From the NCBI GenBank assembly GCA_049968235.1, contig JBMFRC010000001.1, positions 1 to 64,000 on the forward strand: DNA of 64,000 nucleotides, written 5' to 3'. The notes beneath the pieces are model-generated. The model ran no database searches. It saw nothing but the letters and a program-made list of their open reading frames with translations, and had not been told where the DNA came from. Each line of letters begins with the position of its first letter. The first letter of the stretch is position 1. Of this stretch, positions 29,983 through 42,000 are shown one piece after another. The stretch comes from Candidatus Hydrogenedens sp. GTDB taxonomy: Bacteria > Hydrogenedentota > Hydrogenedentia > Hydrogenedentales > Hydrogenedentaceae. Made by a program: the position numbers and the translations under genes.

Positions 29983-30026
29983 GCGAAGGCTCCTGTCTTC
30001 TAATTCTTAATGTTATTGTTTATTTA

Positions 30027-33000
30027 TTAATTTGCCACTGTAATGTCTATCTTTTCGGAAGCAAATATATCTGTATTAATAATTACATTTCCTGAAGTCA
30101 TAGTTCCGGGTATAAGACCTGTTCGGTCTATAAATAAAGTAACTGTTTCCGTTTCTCCCGGAGACAATTCGGAATCGGGAGTATTGGAATTACCGGATAA
30201 TCCGTATTTAATATCTGTAACCCATGAGGGATACGATGTTATTTGCCAATTGAATGTATCCAATCGGTTATTATGAACGATAAATGTAATGGAATTGTTC
30301 CCTACGGGAATGTCCAATCGTGTTGGAACTATAAATTTTCCGGGAATGTTCTTATCGTTTGGAGCAGGGTCCTGGAAATCAGTAATACCATCTTTATCGT
30401 TATCCCAGGCACCTGTACTTTCTGGGTCAAAGGTTAATCCTGCAAGTCCTGCGATTGTTGTAGATGGTCCAGCGACTTTTGCCGATATAGTAATGGGGAG
30501 GAAGCCATCAATATAAGTAGGGCCACCGGGATAAAGGAAATACTTGGTGCGTGAAGATTGCCCTATACTTCCGATGTATACCAGAGATTCGTTATCAACA
30601 CGCATGGCAAGATTTAAGACAGGGTCTGTATCTCCAAAAGATTGCACATACGCATCCAAACCTGTGATTGTAATTTTAAATAGATTCCCGAAGGCACCAT
30701 ATTTGAATGCTTTATCTTCAGAATTTAATAGAAGGTATACACCATCACCTTCATTAATAAATCGCCAACCATCGTTGGTAGTGATAAGCCCATCTCCGGC
30801 TAATTCAACCTTCATATTTATATTGGCAAGGAGTAAGTTCCATTGTTCCGCTGTTACATTGTTCGGTTTTTGTAAGAAATAGCGTGTTCTGAGGAAATAG
30901 ACATCTCTTGGAATGTAATCTGCACGGACAAATACTTCTGCCTGCCAGGTTCTTTGAGTTGAATTGTTGGGGTCATTCCCGTAGAACAAACCCGAAGTAA
31001 CTAAAGATAATTGACCTGCACGGACATCGCCAATATAAGCAAATGCATCTTCTTCAAAAATACCTGTCAGGGAAGGTAAATTATTGCCGGGCTGATATTC
31101 AAATCGGATGGTATACTTAAAATCTTGTTGTTTAGGTGTGATATAGGTTAAAACAAGTTGATTTTTTAATTCCTCCCAGACACGACCTGCTGAGTCTTCT
31201 AATGCTAATGTTATATTTTCCCATGCTCCTGCGGTGGTTACGCCTTGTAATTTTATAATTCCATTTCCATCATTAGAAGTAATTGAAATTTGTTGATTTA
31301 GAACCACACCTGTAGTTGCAAGAGCAGGATTAGTTCTTATTGTAACTTTTGTAGAGCCACTGGCAGATATCGTGCCCTGAACAGGTTCTATATTGGTTAT
31401 CCATGCCGGCAAATTACGGGTATCTGCCTGCCAGCCTAAATTGTCTTTCCCTTCATTATAAATAAAGAAGGTCAAATCATTGGGTTGATTATTCATATCG
31501 GGACGAAGTACACAGGATTTTTGCCCACCTAACAGTTGAAGCAAACCATTTACATCATTGGCAATATATAAATGTCCACCAGTCTCTTTAGCAAGGGGTA
31601 TTAAATCTGCAGTATTCACAGAACCCCCAGAAGCAAATCCCAGAGGATACAAACGAATTAGATTATCGTGTGCTTTTTCTTTGATTTCACTTGCATCAAT
31701 AGTAGATGCATTATCCCATCCGTCTGAAATAAATATAATGGATTTTACATCTGCATCATCAAAAGGTAGTGGGTTCTTCAAATCTTCGGCAATTAGCCTA
31801 TCCACAGCCTCTGAAAGTGCATCATAAATATCCGAAGCACCCATTAAGTTGGGGGGAACATAGAAAGTTTCTAATGATTCTTTTAGTAATTCCTTATCCG
31901 TTGTAAAAGAACGGATTAATCGCCTTGTTTGCTGGCGGTCATTATGGAACATCAACGCAATTTGATAGGAAGCGGGTAGGTCGTAAATAAAATCAACAAC
32001 TGCCTTTTTCACTTTTTCTATTGCTTCTCCGGGCAACATGGGATTATCTTTATTATCCACACCTGCATAATACATACTGCCCGTATAATCTAATAGAATA
32101 ATCATATTCCCTTTGATATTTTCCGGTCCAGTAAGGAAATAATTTGTTTCCCTTAAATCTAAGGGAACGCTGTCTTCGGATATGGTAAGACTAATTTTGG
32201 AACGGTCTACAGGTGTAATTGTTGGGATGGCTCGTGAAGATGAATCACGTAATAAGAATACATATCGCATTACATAAGGCGGTCTACTACGATTCAAGGC
32301 TCCTTCGATTCGCAAGGGTTGTTTTTCGACACGCACTTTTATGGTTTTGGATTCAACACCATTTAATGGAGTTGCTTCATTAGGGAATATAATAGGATTA
32401 CGGTCCATTGCTTCTATTGTTATTGTGCGATATTCTATATCTTCTTGAAGATTATCCCGATTAATGGTAACTAAAATTTGCACACCGTCAATTAATAGAT
32501 TTAATTCGCTGGGATGATAGAAATCTTCAGGATTACCATCTTCACCATTGGCTCCTCCGACAACAGGTCGAACATCGGCAATTACAGGATTGGCTTTTCC
32601 TTCATCTTCATGCGTAATACGGAAATACAATTTTGAATCTCGTGGTCCAACATTAGCAATCCAAAATTCCTTTTGAACATCTTCCTGTCCAAAATCCAAT
32701 ACATCCAAAGGGATTATTTCCGGACGTGCAGTTGTTTCCTGAGGTGGCTCCGAAATGGCTATTTCGGGGAGGCTTATCTGTTCAATTTTAATTGGGATAA
32801 TTAACAAACAACTTCGTGTATCTATAATAATGGAATATTGTCCTGCTCCCAAAGTAATCTCTTTGGGCTTGGTAACAGTTACAGAAATCTCGACTTTGTC
32901 ATTTGGATTTACTATTCCTGCAGAAGGAGTAGCGGAAATACTATTGATAGCGATACCTGTAGGTCCGACTACCTGAAGATTCCATTGGGCTTGTGTGCTA

Positions 33001-33863
33001 CTGCTGTTTGTTAATGTCAGTTTGGACACGGGTAAATTCGTTGTGGTACTGTCGGATGTCAATGATTCTTTTGTTACAGACAGAACCAATTGGGCAGGTT
33101 CTGCAGTAAAACTAGTTTCAGGACATATCTTTGCAAAACGAAATTCAACCAATTGAATACCTAAGGAGGATTCAAAAAACAAACCAAAATCTGTCGACAC
33201 AGTTTCATCCCAACGGACTGTAACAGGGGTACTCCCTCCTGCGGGTAAAGTCCCTAAATTAGGAGATACAGAAATATCTGCGGGAATATTGGTTCGCACG
33301 GAAGAATTATTTAAATCAGGGACATATTTAACTGACCAGTTAAAACTCTCAGTACCTACATTTTGAACGGTTACAGTAGTTTCAGTTACATCTGGACGGA
33401 TAGTAAATACCTGAGGGGTTACAGATAAAGCACTGCTAACTTCCATCGAAACAGTTACAACCTGAGTTTTTCCCGAGACACGAAACTGAAGCCCTACATC
33501 TTTATATTCACCGGAAGATAAACCGTTTCTTGAGACTTTTGCATGAATTAACTGAGATGTAGATGTTTGCCCGGATGTTGGTTCCGCAGTTAACCACGGG
33601 ATATCTTGTTCTACCCATTGTTTTTGACTTGCATTCCAGACGACTTCAGTTAAAGACCATTTTATACCCAAACTACTTAATGACCTTATATACAAGGATT
33701 TTTCGATTGCTTTATCTCCAAAGGACAAAGCCTGTGGAGACACTTCAAATCCTGTTGTAAATGGACAACCACTTGCAAGAACAAGGATGAATATTAGCAA
33801 TCCGAGATGAAGTAAAAAAGTAATAGATGGATATTTCCGTTTATTCATAGGGGCTCCTTCCAA
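30027..33863 (-). CDS. Giant (1278 aa) surface lipoprotein, Ig-like repeats plus central vWA; paralog of 25468-29982
   Basis: Lipobox LVLASGC. vWA MIILLDYTGSMYY (DxTxS). Block ..RDSSSRAIPTITPVDRSKISLTISEDSVPLDLRE.. is colinear with ..RDVQQRAISLPEAF..FIITEDDLPLDIQE.. of the paralog. Confidence 0.7.
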   Translation of the reverse strand: MEGAPMNKRKYPSITFLLHLGLLIFILVLASGCPFTTGFEVSPQALSFGDKAIEKSLYIRSLSSLGIKWSLTEVVWNASQKQWVEQDIPWLTAEPTSGQTSTSQLIHAKVSRNGLSSGEYKDVGLQFRVSGKTQVVTVSMEVSSALSVTPQVFTIRPDVTETTVTVQNVGTESFNWSVKYVPDLNNSSVRTNIPADISVSPNLGTLPAGGSTPVTVRWDETVSTDFGLFFESSLGIQLVEFRFAKICPETSFTAEPAQLVLSVTKESLTSDSTTTNLPVSKLTLTNSSSTQAQWNLQVVGPTGIAINSISATPSAGIVNPNDKVEISVTVTKPKEITLGAGQYSIIIDTRSCLLIIPIKIEQISLPEIAISEPPQETTARPEIIPLDVLDFGQEDVQKEFWIANVGPRDSKLYFRITHEDEGKANPVIADVRPVVGGANGEDGNPEDFYHPSELNLLIDGVQILVTINRDNLQEDIEYRTITIEAMDRNPIIFPNEATPLNGVESKTIKVRVEKQPLRIEGALNRSRPPYVMRYVFLLRDSSSRAIPTITPVDRSKISLTISEDSVPLDLRETNYFLTGPENIKGNMIILLDYTGSMYYAGVDNKDNPMLPGEAIEKVKKAVVDFIYDLPASYQIALMFHNDRQQTRRLIRSFTTDKELLKESLETFYVPPNLMGASDIYDALSEAVDRLIAEDLKNPLPFDDADVKSIIFISDGWDNASTIDASEIKEKAHDNLIRLYPLGFASGGSVNTADLIPLAKETGGHLYIANDVNGLLQLLGGQKSCVLRPDMNNQPNDLTFFIYNEGKDNLGWQADTRNLPAWITNIEPVQGTISASGSTKVTIRTNPALATTGVVLNQQISITSNDGNGIIKLQGVTTAGAWENITLALEDSAGRVWEELKNQLVLTYITPKQQDFKYTIRFEYQPGNNLPSLTGIFEEDAFAYIGDVRAGQLSLVTSGLFYGNDPNNSTQRTWQAEVFVRADYIPRDVYFLRTRYFLQKPNNVTAEQWNLLLANINMKVELAGDGLITTNDGWRFINEGDGVYLLLNSEDKAFKYGAFGNLFKITITGLDAYVQSFGDTDPVLNLAMRVDNESLVYIGSIGQSSRTKYFLYPGGPTYIDGFLPITISAKVAGPSTTIAGLAGLTFDPESTGAWDNDKDGITDFQDPAPNDKNIPGKFIVPTRLDIPVGNNSITFIVHNNRLDTFNWQITSYPSWVTDIKYGLSGNSNTPDSELSPGETETVTLFIDRTGLIPGTMTSGNVIINTDIFASEKIDITVAN

Positions 33864-33912
33864 ATTATTGCCCTTCTATATTCAATTTGATACATATATA
33901 AAACAAATGATT

Positions 33913-34512
33913 TTATTGTTTTGTTTTTTCAGCAAAGACCACATTAACCCCTGCATTTACAAGCGTTTGATAAACTGGTTCAAAATCCTTATAAAAACTA
34001 CCATCATCTTTTACTGTCCATTCAGGACTTAATGTTACGGTATCACCGGGACCCAAACCGCCGGCATTCACATTGGCTATTAATGGTGTCCAATCTCGAA
34101 TATCATTGTCCGGACCGGATATATCCAGATATTCCAGATATTGCATTCCTGCAATAGGTGTTATGTCTGTAATATAATTATTCCCTAAATCCAACCAGAC
34201 CAAATTTTTTAAATCGCGTAAAGGGGAGATGCTTATAATATTATTATCTCTTAAGTCTAATTTAACCAGAGAGGTGCAATACTCAAGCCCTCGTAAATCT
34301 GTAATACCCATACCCCGGGCTGTTAATTCCGTTATAGAATCCAATTCACCCGTACAGAGAATAAAGAAGGGTTTACCGATTGCACTACGAATGGCAGTTT
34401 CCAATGCCCTATCCGGGAACATAATTGATGAGCCCTGTAAGAAACAACACCCCGAAATTGAACTTATCAGGACACAAATACCTATTAAGTTGAATATTAT
34501 TTTCATTCTCAT
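33913..34512 (-). CDS. Lipoprotein with leucine-rich repeats (LRR)
   Basis: Lipobox ISGCC. LRR units LVKLDLRDNNIISISPLRDLKNLVWLDLGNNYITDITPIAGMQYLEYLDISG. Confidence 0.7.
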   Translation of the reverse strand: MRMKIIFNLIGICVLISSISGCCFLQGSSIMFPDRALETAIRSAIGKPFFILCTGELDSITELTARGMGITDLRGLEYCTSLVKLDLRDNNIISISPLRDLKNLVWLDLGNNYITDITPIAGMQYLEYLDISGPDNDIRDWTPLIANVNAGGLGPGDTVTLSPEWTVKDDGSFYKDFEPVYQTLVNAGVNVVFAEKTKQ

Positions 34513-35091
34513 AGTTTAAACCTCTCACATATAAAGGGTTTTTGTAATGTAAAAATGTTTATATTTACATTTAAGTGTTACTACCTGTGTTTGTGGTATT
34601 AATATGGCATTTATCTTCGATAAACAGGAAAAATGGGCTTTCTCCACCCATGAATGTTAAAAGTTTATTAATTAAGAAAGCAATAAAACATAAATCATCT
34701 GACCAACTCGCATACACTGGATGCTTGCTTGAAATCATTCGCACATGTTTCACCGTAGTTTCTCCTTTATTAAATTGTTTCATTATATTAAAATCTTAAT
34801 ATTTAATATACAATCATACATTACAGTTTATCACAAATCACACCATTTGTCAATAATTTCTTGGAAAATTTTACAAAACACAAACTTTTTATAATTCTAC
34901 ATCACTTCATCCCAATAATGTCAAGAATTTTTTGAAAAAAAATAATTATTTTCTAATAATATTACACGGGGATTTCAAAAATTACCACAATATTTATTTC
35001 GAACACTTTTAATCAAAAAATTAAAGAAATAAAAATTGTTATTTTATTTTGATATTGAAATAGATATGATGTTCAAAGAAGGAATCTTTTG

Positions 35092-35679
35092 TTATTTTTC
35101 TTTTCTTTTTATCATTGAGGTTTTTCTACAGCGGTTCATCCGATTTTGCCAATCACCTGTCCAACCTTCCTCGATGGCTTGCTGACATAAAGAGATACAT
35201 TCTTCATATTGTCCCTGTCGTTCTCGGATATCCGACAAGGTATCATATCCCAAATGTGCCGGTAGAGGTATGCCGGGCATTGTTTGTTGGATATGTTCTT
35301 TTACTTCTTTTGACAAATCTATTTGTTTTTTTGAGGTAATTATTAGCAGTGCTGTCTTCGTATCGTTATCTTTTATATCTTCTTCAATATATCTGGATAT
35401 TAATTCTTCCAAAGCATAAAAACAGTCCAGGACATCTTCTACTTCCATTTCTTCGAGGTCTTTTTCCATCTTTTTTAACAATGAGTCTGATTGTTCTAAA
35501 TCAGGACGATATGCCAGTTTACTTTTGTTAACAACGATATCTTCATTTTTCTCTACAGGCTCAATAATTGTTACCATAAAAAGACGCTGGCAGTTAGGGC
35601 ATAAAACTTTTTGCCCTATGATTGATGTCGGTAATAAAACCTCTTTAGAACAATAGGGACAGGTAACGATAAATTTCAT
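35092..35679 (-). CDS. Zinc-ribbon domain protein encoded immediately after addA (4-nt overlap)
   Basis: CPYCSKEVLLP...CPNCQRLF is a CxxC..CxxC ribbon. The remainder is acidic and helical. Unknown family. Confidence 0.5.
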   Translation of the reverse strand: MKFIVTCPYCSKEVLLPTSIIGQKVLCPNCQRLFMVTIIEPVEKNEDIVVNKSKLAYRPDLEQSDSLLKKMEKDLEEMEVEDVLDCFYALEELISRYIEEDIKDNDTKTALLIITSKKQIDLSKEVKEHIQQTMPGIPLPAHLGYDTLSDIRERQGQYEECISLCQQAIEEGWTGDWQNRMNRCRKTSMIKRKEK

Positions 35680-38600
35680 TTCTCATAGCCCTGATTTATC
35701 TTTGTTATATATTTTTCAATGGCATGATGTATTTCTGTCTCTAAAACATCACGGACAGAAACCTCTATATCTTTTATATCATATTTTAATTGGTCAATGT
35801 ATACTATAATTAATTTATTATTGACTTTTATTCCCAGATCTTTCATTGCATAATAATAAATCTCTAATTGTTTCCAGTATCGTTGAGCATGATTATCAGC
35901 ATGGGTTCCTGTCTTATAATCAATAATAGTTCCATCGGCAAGTATTGCATCTACAGTTCCTTGAACAAAATAACCTCCTGTTTTCCAGATAAAAGGGGTT
36001 TCCCGCCAGATAGGCGGATTTGCTTTTAAGATAGGATATATAGGATTGTTTATTATTTTACTAAAACACACATCTTTTTCGTTTTTGATTATATCTTCTA
36101 AAATATCCGGGCTAATTATATTCAGAATATATTTTGATAATTGCTCTATGTTTTCTTCGTAAAAATCCCATAGTTGCAATAACTGATGGTAAAATATACC
36201 GCGTTCGGCATGCTCCATACCTAACGATTGTTCATATATTTCATCATTATCTTCATCATAAATATCATCAAAAAGGAAATTCAGTATTTGTGTTACTGAA
36301 ATAGGTTCTGTTTTAAAATGTTGGGGTGTAATCGATATAGGTGGAACTAAATTATATTGCAAAGACTTTATTTCTCTTTTTAAATCTTTTTTCTTAGGCG
36401 AATAATTACTTTCTTCCCTTTCTATAATATAATACAAACCTGTATCCTTTTTTTTATTAAGGGGAAAGCAACTTGCCAGTAATGATAGGCGGGAATTTAT
36501 TTTTTGTTTTTTATAAAATTCTTCGAGATATTTTTTATTTGAAGATAGGATTAAGTAATCGCGGGCACGAGTTAAAGCCACATAAAATAAACGGATATAT
36601 TCCTGATACTCATCATAGGTATTTTGTAACTTTATAATAGTCTCCACAATATTATTTTTTTCATCTTCTTTTTTCTTTGTTTTAATAATTACGCCCATTT
36701 CTTTATGATAATGAACGGCGGTTGATTTTCTGTGTTGCCTTTCTTCGTAGAGCAAAGGCAAAACAACGATGGGATATTCCAGACCTTTTGCCTGATGTAT
36801 TGTGGTTAGAATAACAGCATCTCCTGCTTCTGTTGCAAGGTCTGCCTCTCCTTCCATTATTTTATCGCGGGAGCGTTCTACAAACCTATGGAACTGGTAT
36901 AAACTTACGGGATTGCTTTCTTGATAAGCACGGGCTAATGCTAAAAATTTTTGGAGGTTAGCAATTCGCTGTTCTCCAAACCAATGCCCTAACAAAATGG
37001 ATTCGTAACCTGTTTGAAGAACAATTTCTTGAATAAGTTCGTGGATGGGAAGATGCGTTTTTTTCCGGAAATATTGATATAAGTAACGAACTCTTACATA
37101 AGCACTGTCTTGTGTCAGAGCATCCGGAATATTATTCGTATTTAATAACATATTTCGAAGAGGTAAGTTCATCTGCCAGCGAGTAATCTGTTCATCGGAA
37201 AGTCCGCAGAAAGGTCCCCGTAAGAAAGAAAGCAGGGCTATATCATGATATGGATTTATTAATACCTGAAGGAAATTTAATATGTCTTTTATTTCTGTAA
37301 TTTCAAAAAATCCCCGACTGCTAACGACAAAACAGGGTATGCCTCTGTCTTTTAACGCCTTTTCATATTTATAAATGTAATTTTTCGTGCAAAATAATAA
37401 AGCGAAATCACCATAACATACAGGGCGTAATTTATGCGTCTTTTCATCTACAATCATTAAAGGGTTTTCGTTATGAACTAAGGATTGAATACGCTCTGCA
37501 ATAATTTTAGCCTCAATATCAACATCATCTTCTTTTAATGTTCTTTTATCATCTTCCGAATGGACAGAAAGTAAAAATTCCACACGAGGTTTAGCATAAG
37601 AACTTCGATGTGCTTGCATGGGGATATATGTTTTTTCAACCGCAGACAGGGAATTTGTTTTCTGGAAAAAGGTATTGACAAAATCTAATACTTCCGGAGC
37701 AGACCTAAAATTGTAGTTCAGTGAAAATAGATTATTATCGACAACTGATTGTCGCTGTTCTTGAAAAACTTTTACTTCTGCATTTCGAAATGCATAAATG
37801 GATTGCTTTGCATCACCTACGAAGAAAAAGGAGAGATTGGGATTTGCCGATAACAACAATTGAATTAATTGCACCTGTGTATGGTCTGTATCCTGAAATT
37901 CGTCAATGAAAATATACTTTATTCCCTCAGCAATTTCTTTACATACTTGTGTATGTCTATTCAATAAATCATAGGTTAAATGTATCAAATCATCAAAGTC
38001 CACCACACCTTGCTGGCGTTTATATTGAACCCATTGACGATAGAACTGGTCAAATAAACGAAGTATTCTATATGTAAAAGTCAACGCTTTTTGTGTGGTT
38101 TCATCTTCCGCTTTTAAGTCAACAATCTCTATTCCTATTGTTTTTTTTATATCCTCACGAATTTTCTTTAATTGTTCCTGCAATTCACCACATATATTTC
38201 TATTCTTTATTATCAATCTTGTTTTATTTCCCAATATTGCTTCTTTAATTTGAATAATATGTTCCCGTTGTTTCGCAGTTTGCAATTTTCTCAATTCTGA
38301 GATATAAAAACTACTGAGAGTCTTCATGTTTTTTTCGTCTTCCGGAATTTCTTTATACAATTCCTCTAATTGTGTTATCCATCCATTTACCGTTGTTGAT
38401 TTCACAAAATTTAACAAATATTGCTCATATTTTTCATTTATTCGTTCAATATTTCTATTGATAGATTCTTCAATAGAACATTGATTTACTTCATCCAGCC
38501 ATGGAAGGATATGTAGGGAATTTTGAAAAAGTATTTCTATAATTTTTTGAAAATTTTGTGGTGAAAGTTCTATAACTAGTTCCGGAACTTCCGTATAATT

Positions 38601-39095
38601 TTCTACCCACAAATTCATCTGACTTTGAATAAACCTATCGAGGAATAGTGGGCTTTGAAGTTCGTCCAGAATACGAAATTCCGGGTCGAAATCTAATTTC
38701 AGGGCATATTGCCGAAGTATACCGGCGCAGAAAGCGTGTATGGTGCATATTCGTGCAGATTCTAATTGTTGTTCGCACCACCTCCATTGGTCTAACTCTT
38801 CCGGTGTTGCATTACGGACATATTCATGGAAAGCATCACGCAGGCGTTGTCTCATTTCTGCAGAAGATTTTTCAGTAAATGTAATTGCTACAATTTCATT
38901 TAAATTGGCTTTTCTCTCTTCTAACAATCGTAATATTCTGGCTATTAAAACACGGGTTTTTCCGGAACCAGCAGAAGCATCAACACCTATTTTTAGTGCA
39001 TCAGAATAGATAGCCTTTTTTTGTTCCGCTGTTAATTCTGTAAAGTAACTATGCTGTTTTAGCTTCGCCACTTTCCTCATCTTCCGATATTCCAC
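35676..39095 (-). CDS. addA: ATP-dependent helicase/nuclease subunit A (AddA; UvrD-like SF1 helicase plus RecB-like nuclease)
   Basis: Walker A GVDASAGSGKTRVLIARI. UvrD-family motifs. C-terminal nuclease motif GTVDAILADGTIIDYKTG. Confidence 0.8.
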   Translation of the reverse strand: MEYRKMRKVAKLKQHSYFTELTAEQKKAIYSDALKIGVDASAGSGKTRVLIARILRLLEERKANLNEIVAITFTEKSSAEMRQRLRDAFHEYVRNATPEELDQWRWCEQQLESARICTIHAFCAGILRQYALKLDFDPEFRILDELQSPLFLDRFIQSQMNLWVENYTEVPELVIELSPQNFQKIIEILFQNSLHILPWLDEVNQCSIEESINRNIERINEKYEQYLLNFVKSTTVNGWITQLEELYKEIPEDEKNMKTLSSFYISELRKLQTAKQREHIIQIKEAILGNKTRLIIKNRNICGELQEQLKKIREDIKKTIGIEIVDLKAEDETTQKALTFTYRILRLFDQFYRQWVQYKRQQGVVDFDDLIHLTYDLLNRHTQVCKEIAEGIKYIFIDEFQDTDHTQVQLIQLLLSANPNLSFFFVGDAKQSIYAFRNAEVKVFQEQRQSVVDNNLFSLNYNFRSAPEVLDFVNTFFQKTNSLSAVEKTYIPMQAHRSSYAKPRVEFLLSVHSEDDKRTLKEDDVDIEAKIIAERIQSLVHNENPLMIVDEKTHKLRPVCYGDFALLFCTKNYIYKYEKALKDRGIPCFVVSSRGFFEITEIKDILNFLQVLINPYHDIALLSFLRGPFCGLSDEQITRWQMNLPLRNMLLNTNNIPDALTQDSAYVRVRYLYQYFRKKTHLPIHELIQEIVLQTGYESILLGHWFGEQRIANLQKFLALARAYQESNPVSLYQFHRFVERSRDKIMEGEADLATEAGDAVILTTIHQAKGLEYPIVVLPLLYEERQHRKSTAVHYHKEMGVIIKTKKKEDEKNNIVETIIKLQNTYDEYQEYIRLFYVALTRARDYLILSSNKKYLEEFYKKQKINSRLSLLASCFPLNKKKDTGLYYIIEREESNYSPKKKDLKREIKSLQYNLVPPISITPQHFKTEPISVTQILNFLFDDIYDEDNDEIYEQSLGMEHAERGIFYHQLLQLWDFYEENIEQLSKYILNIISPDILEDIIKNEKDVCFSKIINNPIYPILKANPPIWRETPFIWKTGGYFVQGTVDAILADGTIIDYKTGTHADNHAQRYWKQLEIYYYAMKDLGIKVNNKLIIVYIDQLKYDIKDIEVSVRDVLETEIHHAIEKYITKINQGYEK

Positions 39096-42000
39096 TTTGT
39101 TCTACTTTCATGTATCGGCATGCAGTCTTGCAGAAGCAATAATCACATGATTGCTTTTTGTAAGGGGCAGGGGTAAATTTTCCTTGATGTATATTCCCAA
39201 TAGTATCTAATATAATTTTTACTGCTATATTCTCTATTTCATTTCGCAAATTTTTATCCACTCCCCAGGGTGTACCTGTTTTTTTCTGTTCTGTTATTGA
39301 TAGAAAATAGGACTCCTCAACGGATAGACCTTCTTTTTGAAATAAATGTCTTTCGACAGCAAGTTCGTAAATAATCAGTTGAAAAGAGCAAAATCTTTCC
39401 TGCACATTATTAAATTTTATGCCCATATCCGTTTTTGTAGGGGTATTCCCCCATTTGTAGTCGATGACTCGTAATAATGGGTTACTTACATGTTTATCAA
39501 TACGGTCAATCCGACCGGAAAACAAAACAGATTTCTTTTGTGTCTCCATACAATAAGGTTTATGTTGACTTCTTTCATCTTCCGATGGATACATGGTTCT
39601 GCCAAAAGCAAGTTCAAAATATGCAGGTTTCCAATCATTATCAATCAAAGAGGCAGATGAGTTGAGAAATTCGGCAAGCACATGGGTAAGCCATTCTATT
39701 GTTAAATCAATCCATTTTTTCGGTAAAACAAACGACTTTCGGTCTTTAGAAACAATCTCTTGTATTATCTGTTGTAGTTTTTCCTTTATTACCTGGCTTT
39801 TATCCCTTAACAGTTCTTCGTAATGGTCTTTTAATAATCGAAAAAGAGTATCATGTGCCCAGGAACCAATCATCAAAGGAGAAGGGTAGATAAGTTCTTC
39901 CTCCCAATCCTGTAAGGCTAATACCCTATGTGTCCAGAAACGGAAAGGGCACTCTATATACTCTTCAATCTGGTCAACACTGTAAACATGGTCATGCCCA
40001 AACTTATTTGTAAGCCATTGTCGTATATCCTCTGCATGTAAATTCCCCGTATATATATTTTCATTCTCCTCTTCTCGTTTTTGTAATGAATACCAGCAGT
40101 TATAAATATCTGCATAGTGGTGTTTTAATACTTGTTCATCTTCCTGAATGTAGAAAAGCAGATTCCGTAATTCAGATGGGGAACAGGGAATAAACGGTTT
40201 TTTTTCTATTTCCTCCTGTTTTTGTGGGCTATTATGCACAATGTATTGACATACCTCCTGACACTCGCGTAATAACAAACTGGAAGAACATTCCCTATGT
40301 GTTTCGGAATATAAAGCGTGGGAAAGGAAGACCCCTTTTCGGGTAGTTTCAAAGATTTGTTGGAAGAACAACCATTCCCTCTGTATTTGTTTTGTAATAT
40401 CATCGATGGGTAGCCCTGATTGTCGCAGTTTCGTAATATCTTTATCGGAATATAAAACATTCTGTGTGGGTGTTAAAGGAATCGTTCCTTCTTCAACTCC
40501 ACCTACAAAAAGATAATCATATTCCATATTTCGTATCATAGGCAGGTCTAAACACATCACACCACAATTATGTCCCATATCAAAAAAAGATGCATCCGAC
40601 GATAAAGAGCGAATAAGCCTTTGAAATTCTTCCAGTGAAAGTTCCTGATTTTTAAGATAATCAGGAAGTTTTTTTATGACTGAAAGGAATTGTAAATAAC
40701 CTTTTTTCTCTTTTTGCAATTTCCTTTTATTGTCCTCATTTAATAAACAATCCTTCAACGCATTTTCCAATGAATGGAAAAGGTCAAGAAGAATAAAAAT
40801 GTAGTTTGATATTTTGTCCTGCCTTTTAAATTTATTCCGCCAGAAAAGCCATCGCTTTAGTTCATCATAGAATTGTTGAATATCTACCTTAGAAATATTT
40901 TTGTTCTCTATCTCACTAGAATATTCAATGAAATGTTCTTTCTCCTCTATTTTTTTATTAACATAGTCAAGAGACATACTCATCGAAAGCCCTACTTGCG
41001 ACAATAGCAAAAAGAATTTTTCACGAATGGATGGAGATATATTCCAGAGCGGGTCATGCAATAGTAAAGTTATCGCAGAGAGAGAATTTTCGTTAAGTTG
41101 TGCAAACCATCGTTCTAAAAATTGACCGACCCATGTTTCTCTTAAACCCTGTGACGATAGTATCCGATAAGGAATACCATAATCCATAAATGTCTTCTCG
41201 ATAAGTGGGCGGACTTTACCTAACTGGCGGTAAACAACGGCTATTTTGTGTAGTGGGACATGTTCCTGAACTAATAATTGTTTTATTTTACGTCCGATAT
41301 TTTTTATCTCCTCTTCCCTATTAATAAATCGTTCTACCTTAATTATTGAATCAGTAGAAGGGGTAAATGTTTTAGGCTCATCGCGACCAAAAAGAGTATC
41401 CGCAATAAATTCAATAGAGGTTTGAGGTATGGGTGTTTCAAAATAAATTGTCTTTGCATCTAATATAGATTGAACCCTTTTTAAGGCATCTTTCGCCAGA
41501 CGATAAATATCCTGTCTGCCGGGTATCGGGTCGAGATTAATGCCGATAATGATGTGTTTGAAGTGGGGAGATAACGCATGGATAAGTCGCAGTTCCGATT
41601 GGGTAAAATCGTCAAAGCCATCAAATATTAAATATTCCTTTCCCGCAATATAATCCGGTTTCCCTTTATGGCATTCCAGTTCTGCCTGCCAAAATAATCC
41701 TGGAACATCATACCCATTACTTTGCATTAGTTTTTCCTGATAGGTTGTATATACCCACGATACCACTTCATCCCAGGGTTCTACGGATAATTTTTTTATT
41801 TGTTCTTGAAATGCCTCTGGCGTAATTCCTGCCTGTTTTAAGTTCCGTATGATACGATGGAAAGAATCGGATAAGTTGTCAGGGGCAAGCAATCCCTGAT
41901 ACTGCTCGAACTTTTTTCGTCCCTCTTCCGATAAAATAATAGACCTTATTAATAGTGTCTGTTCCCATTCTTCAAGCAAATGGATGGGAATATACTGGGC

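Noticed and set aside
26528-33760. Many 60-170-aa ORFs on the + strand inside the two giant genes
   Set aside because: They sit antisense to long, internally repetitive, clearly coding minus-strand genes. No SDs or family signals. Judged spurious.
34513-35091. 580-nt AT-rich gap examined for ncRNA, array or mobile-element ends
   Set aside because: No repeats, palindromes or conserved RNA motifs recognised. Probably a promoter and UTR region for the LRR and giant-lipoprotein operon.
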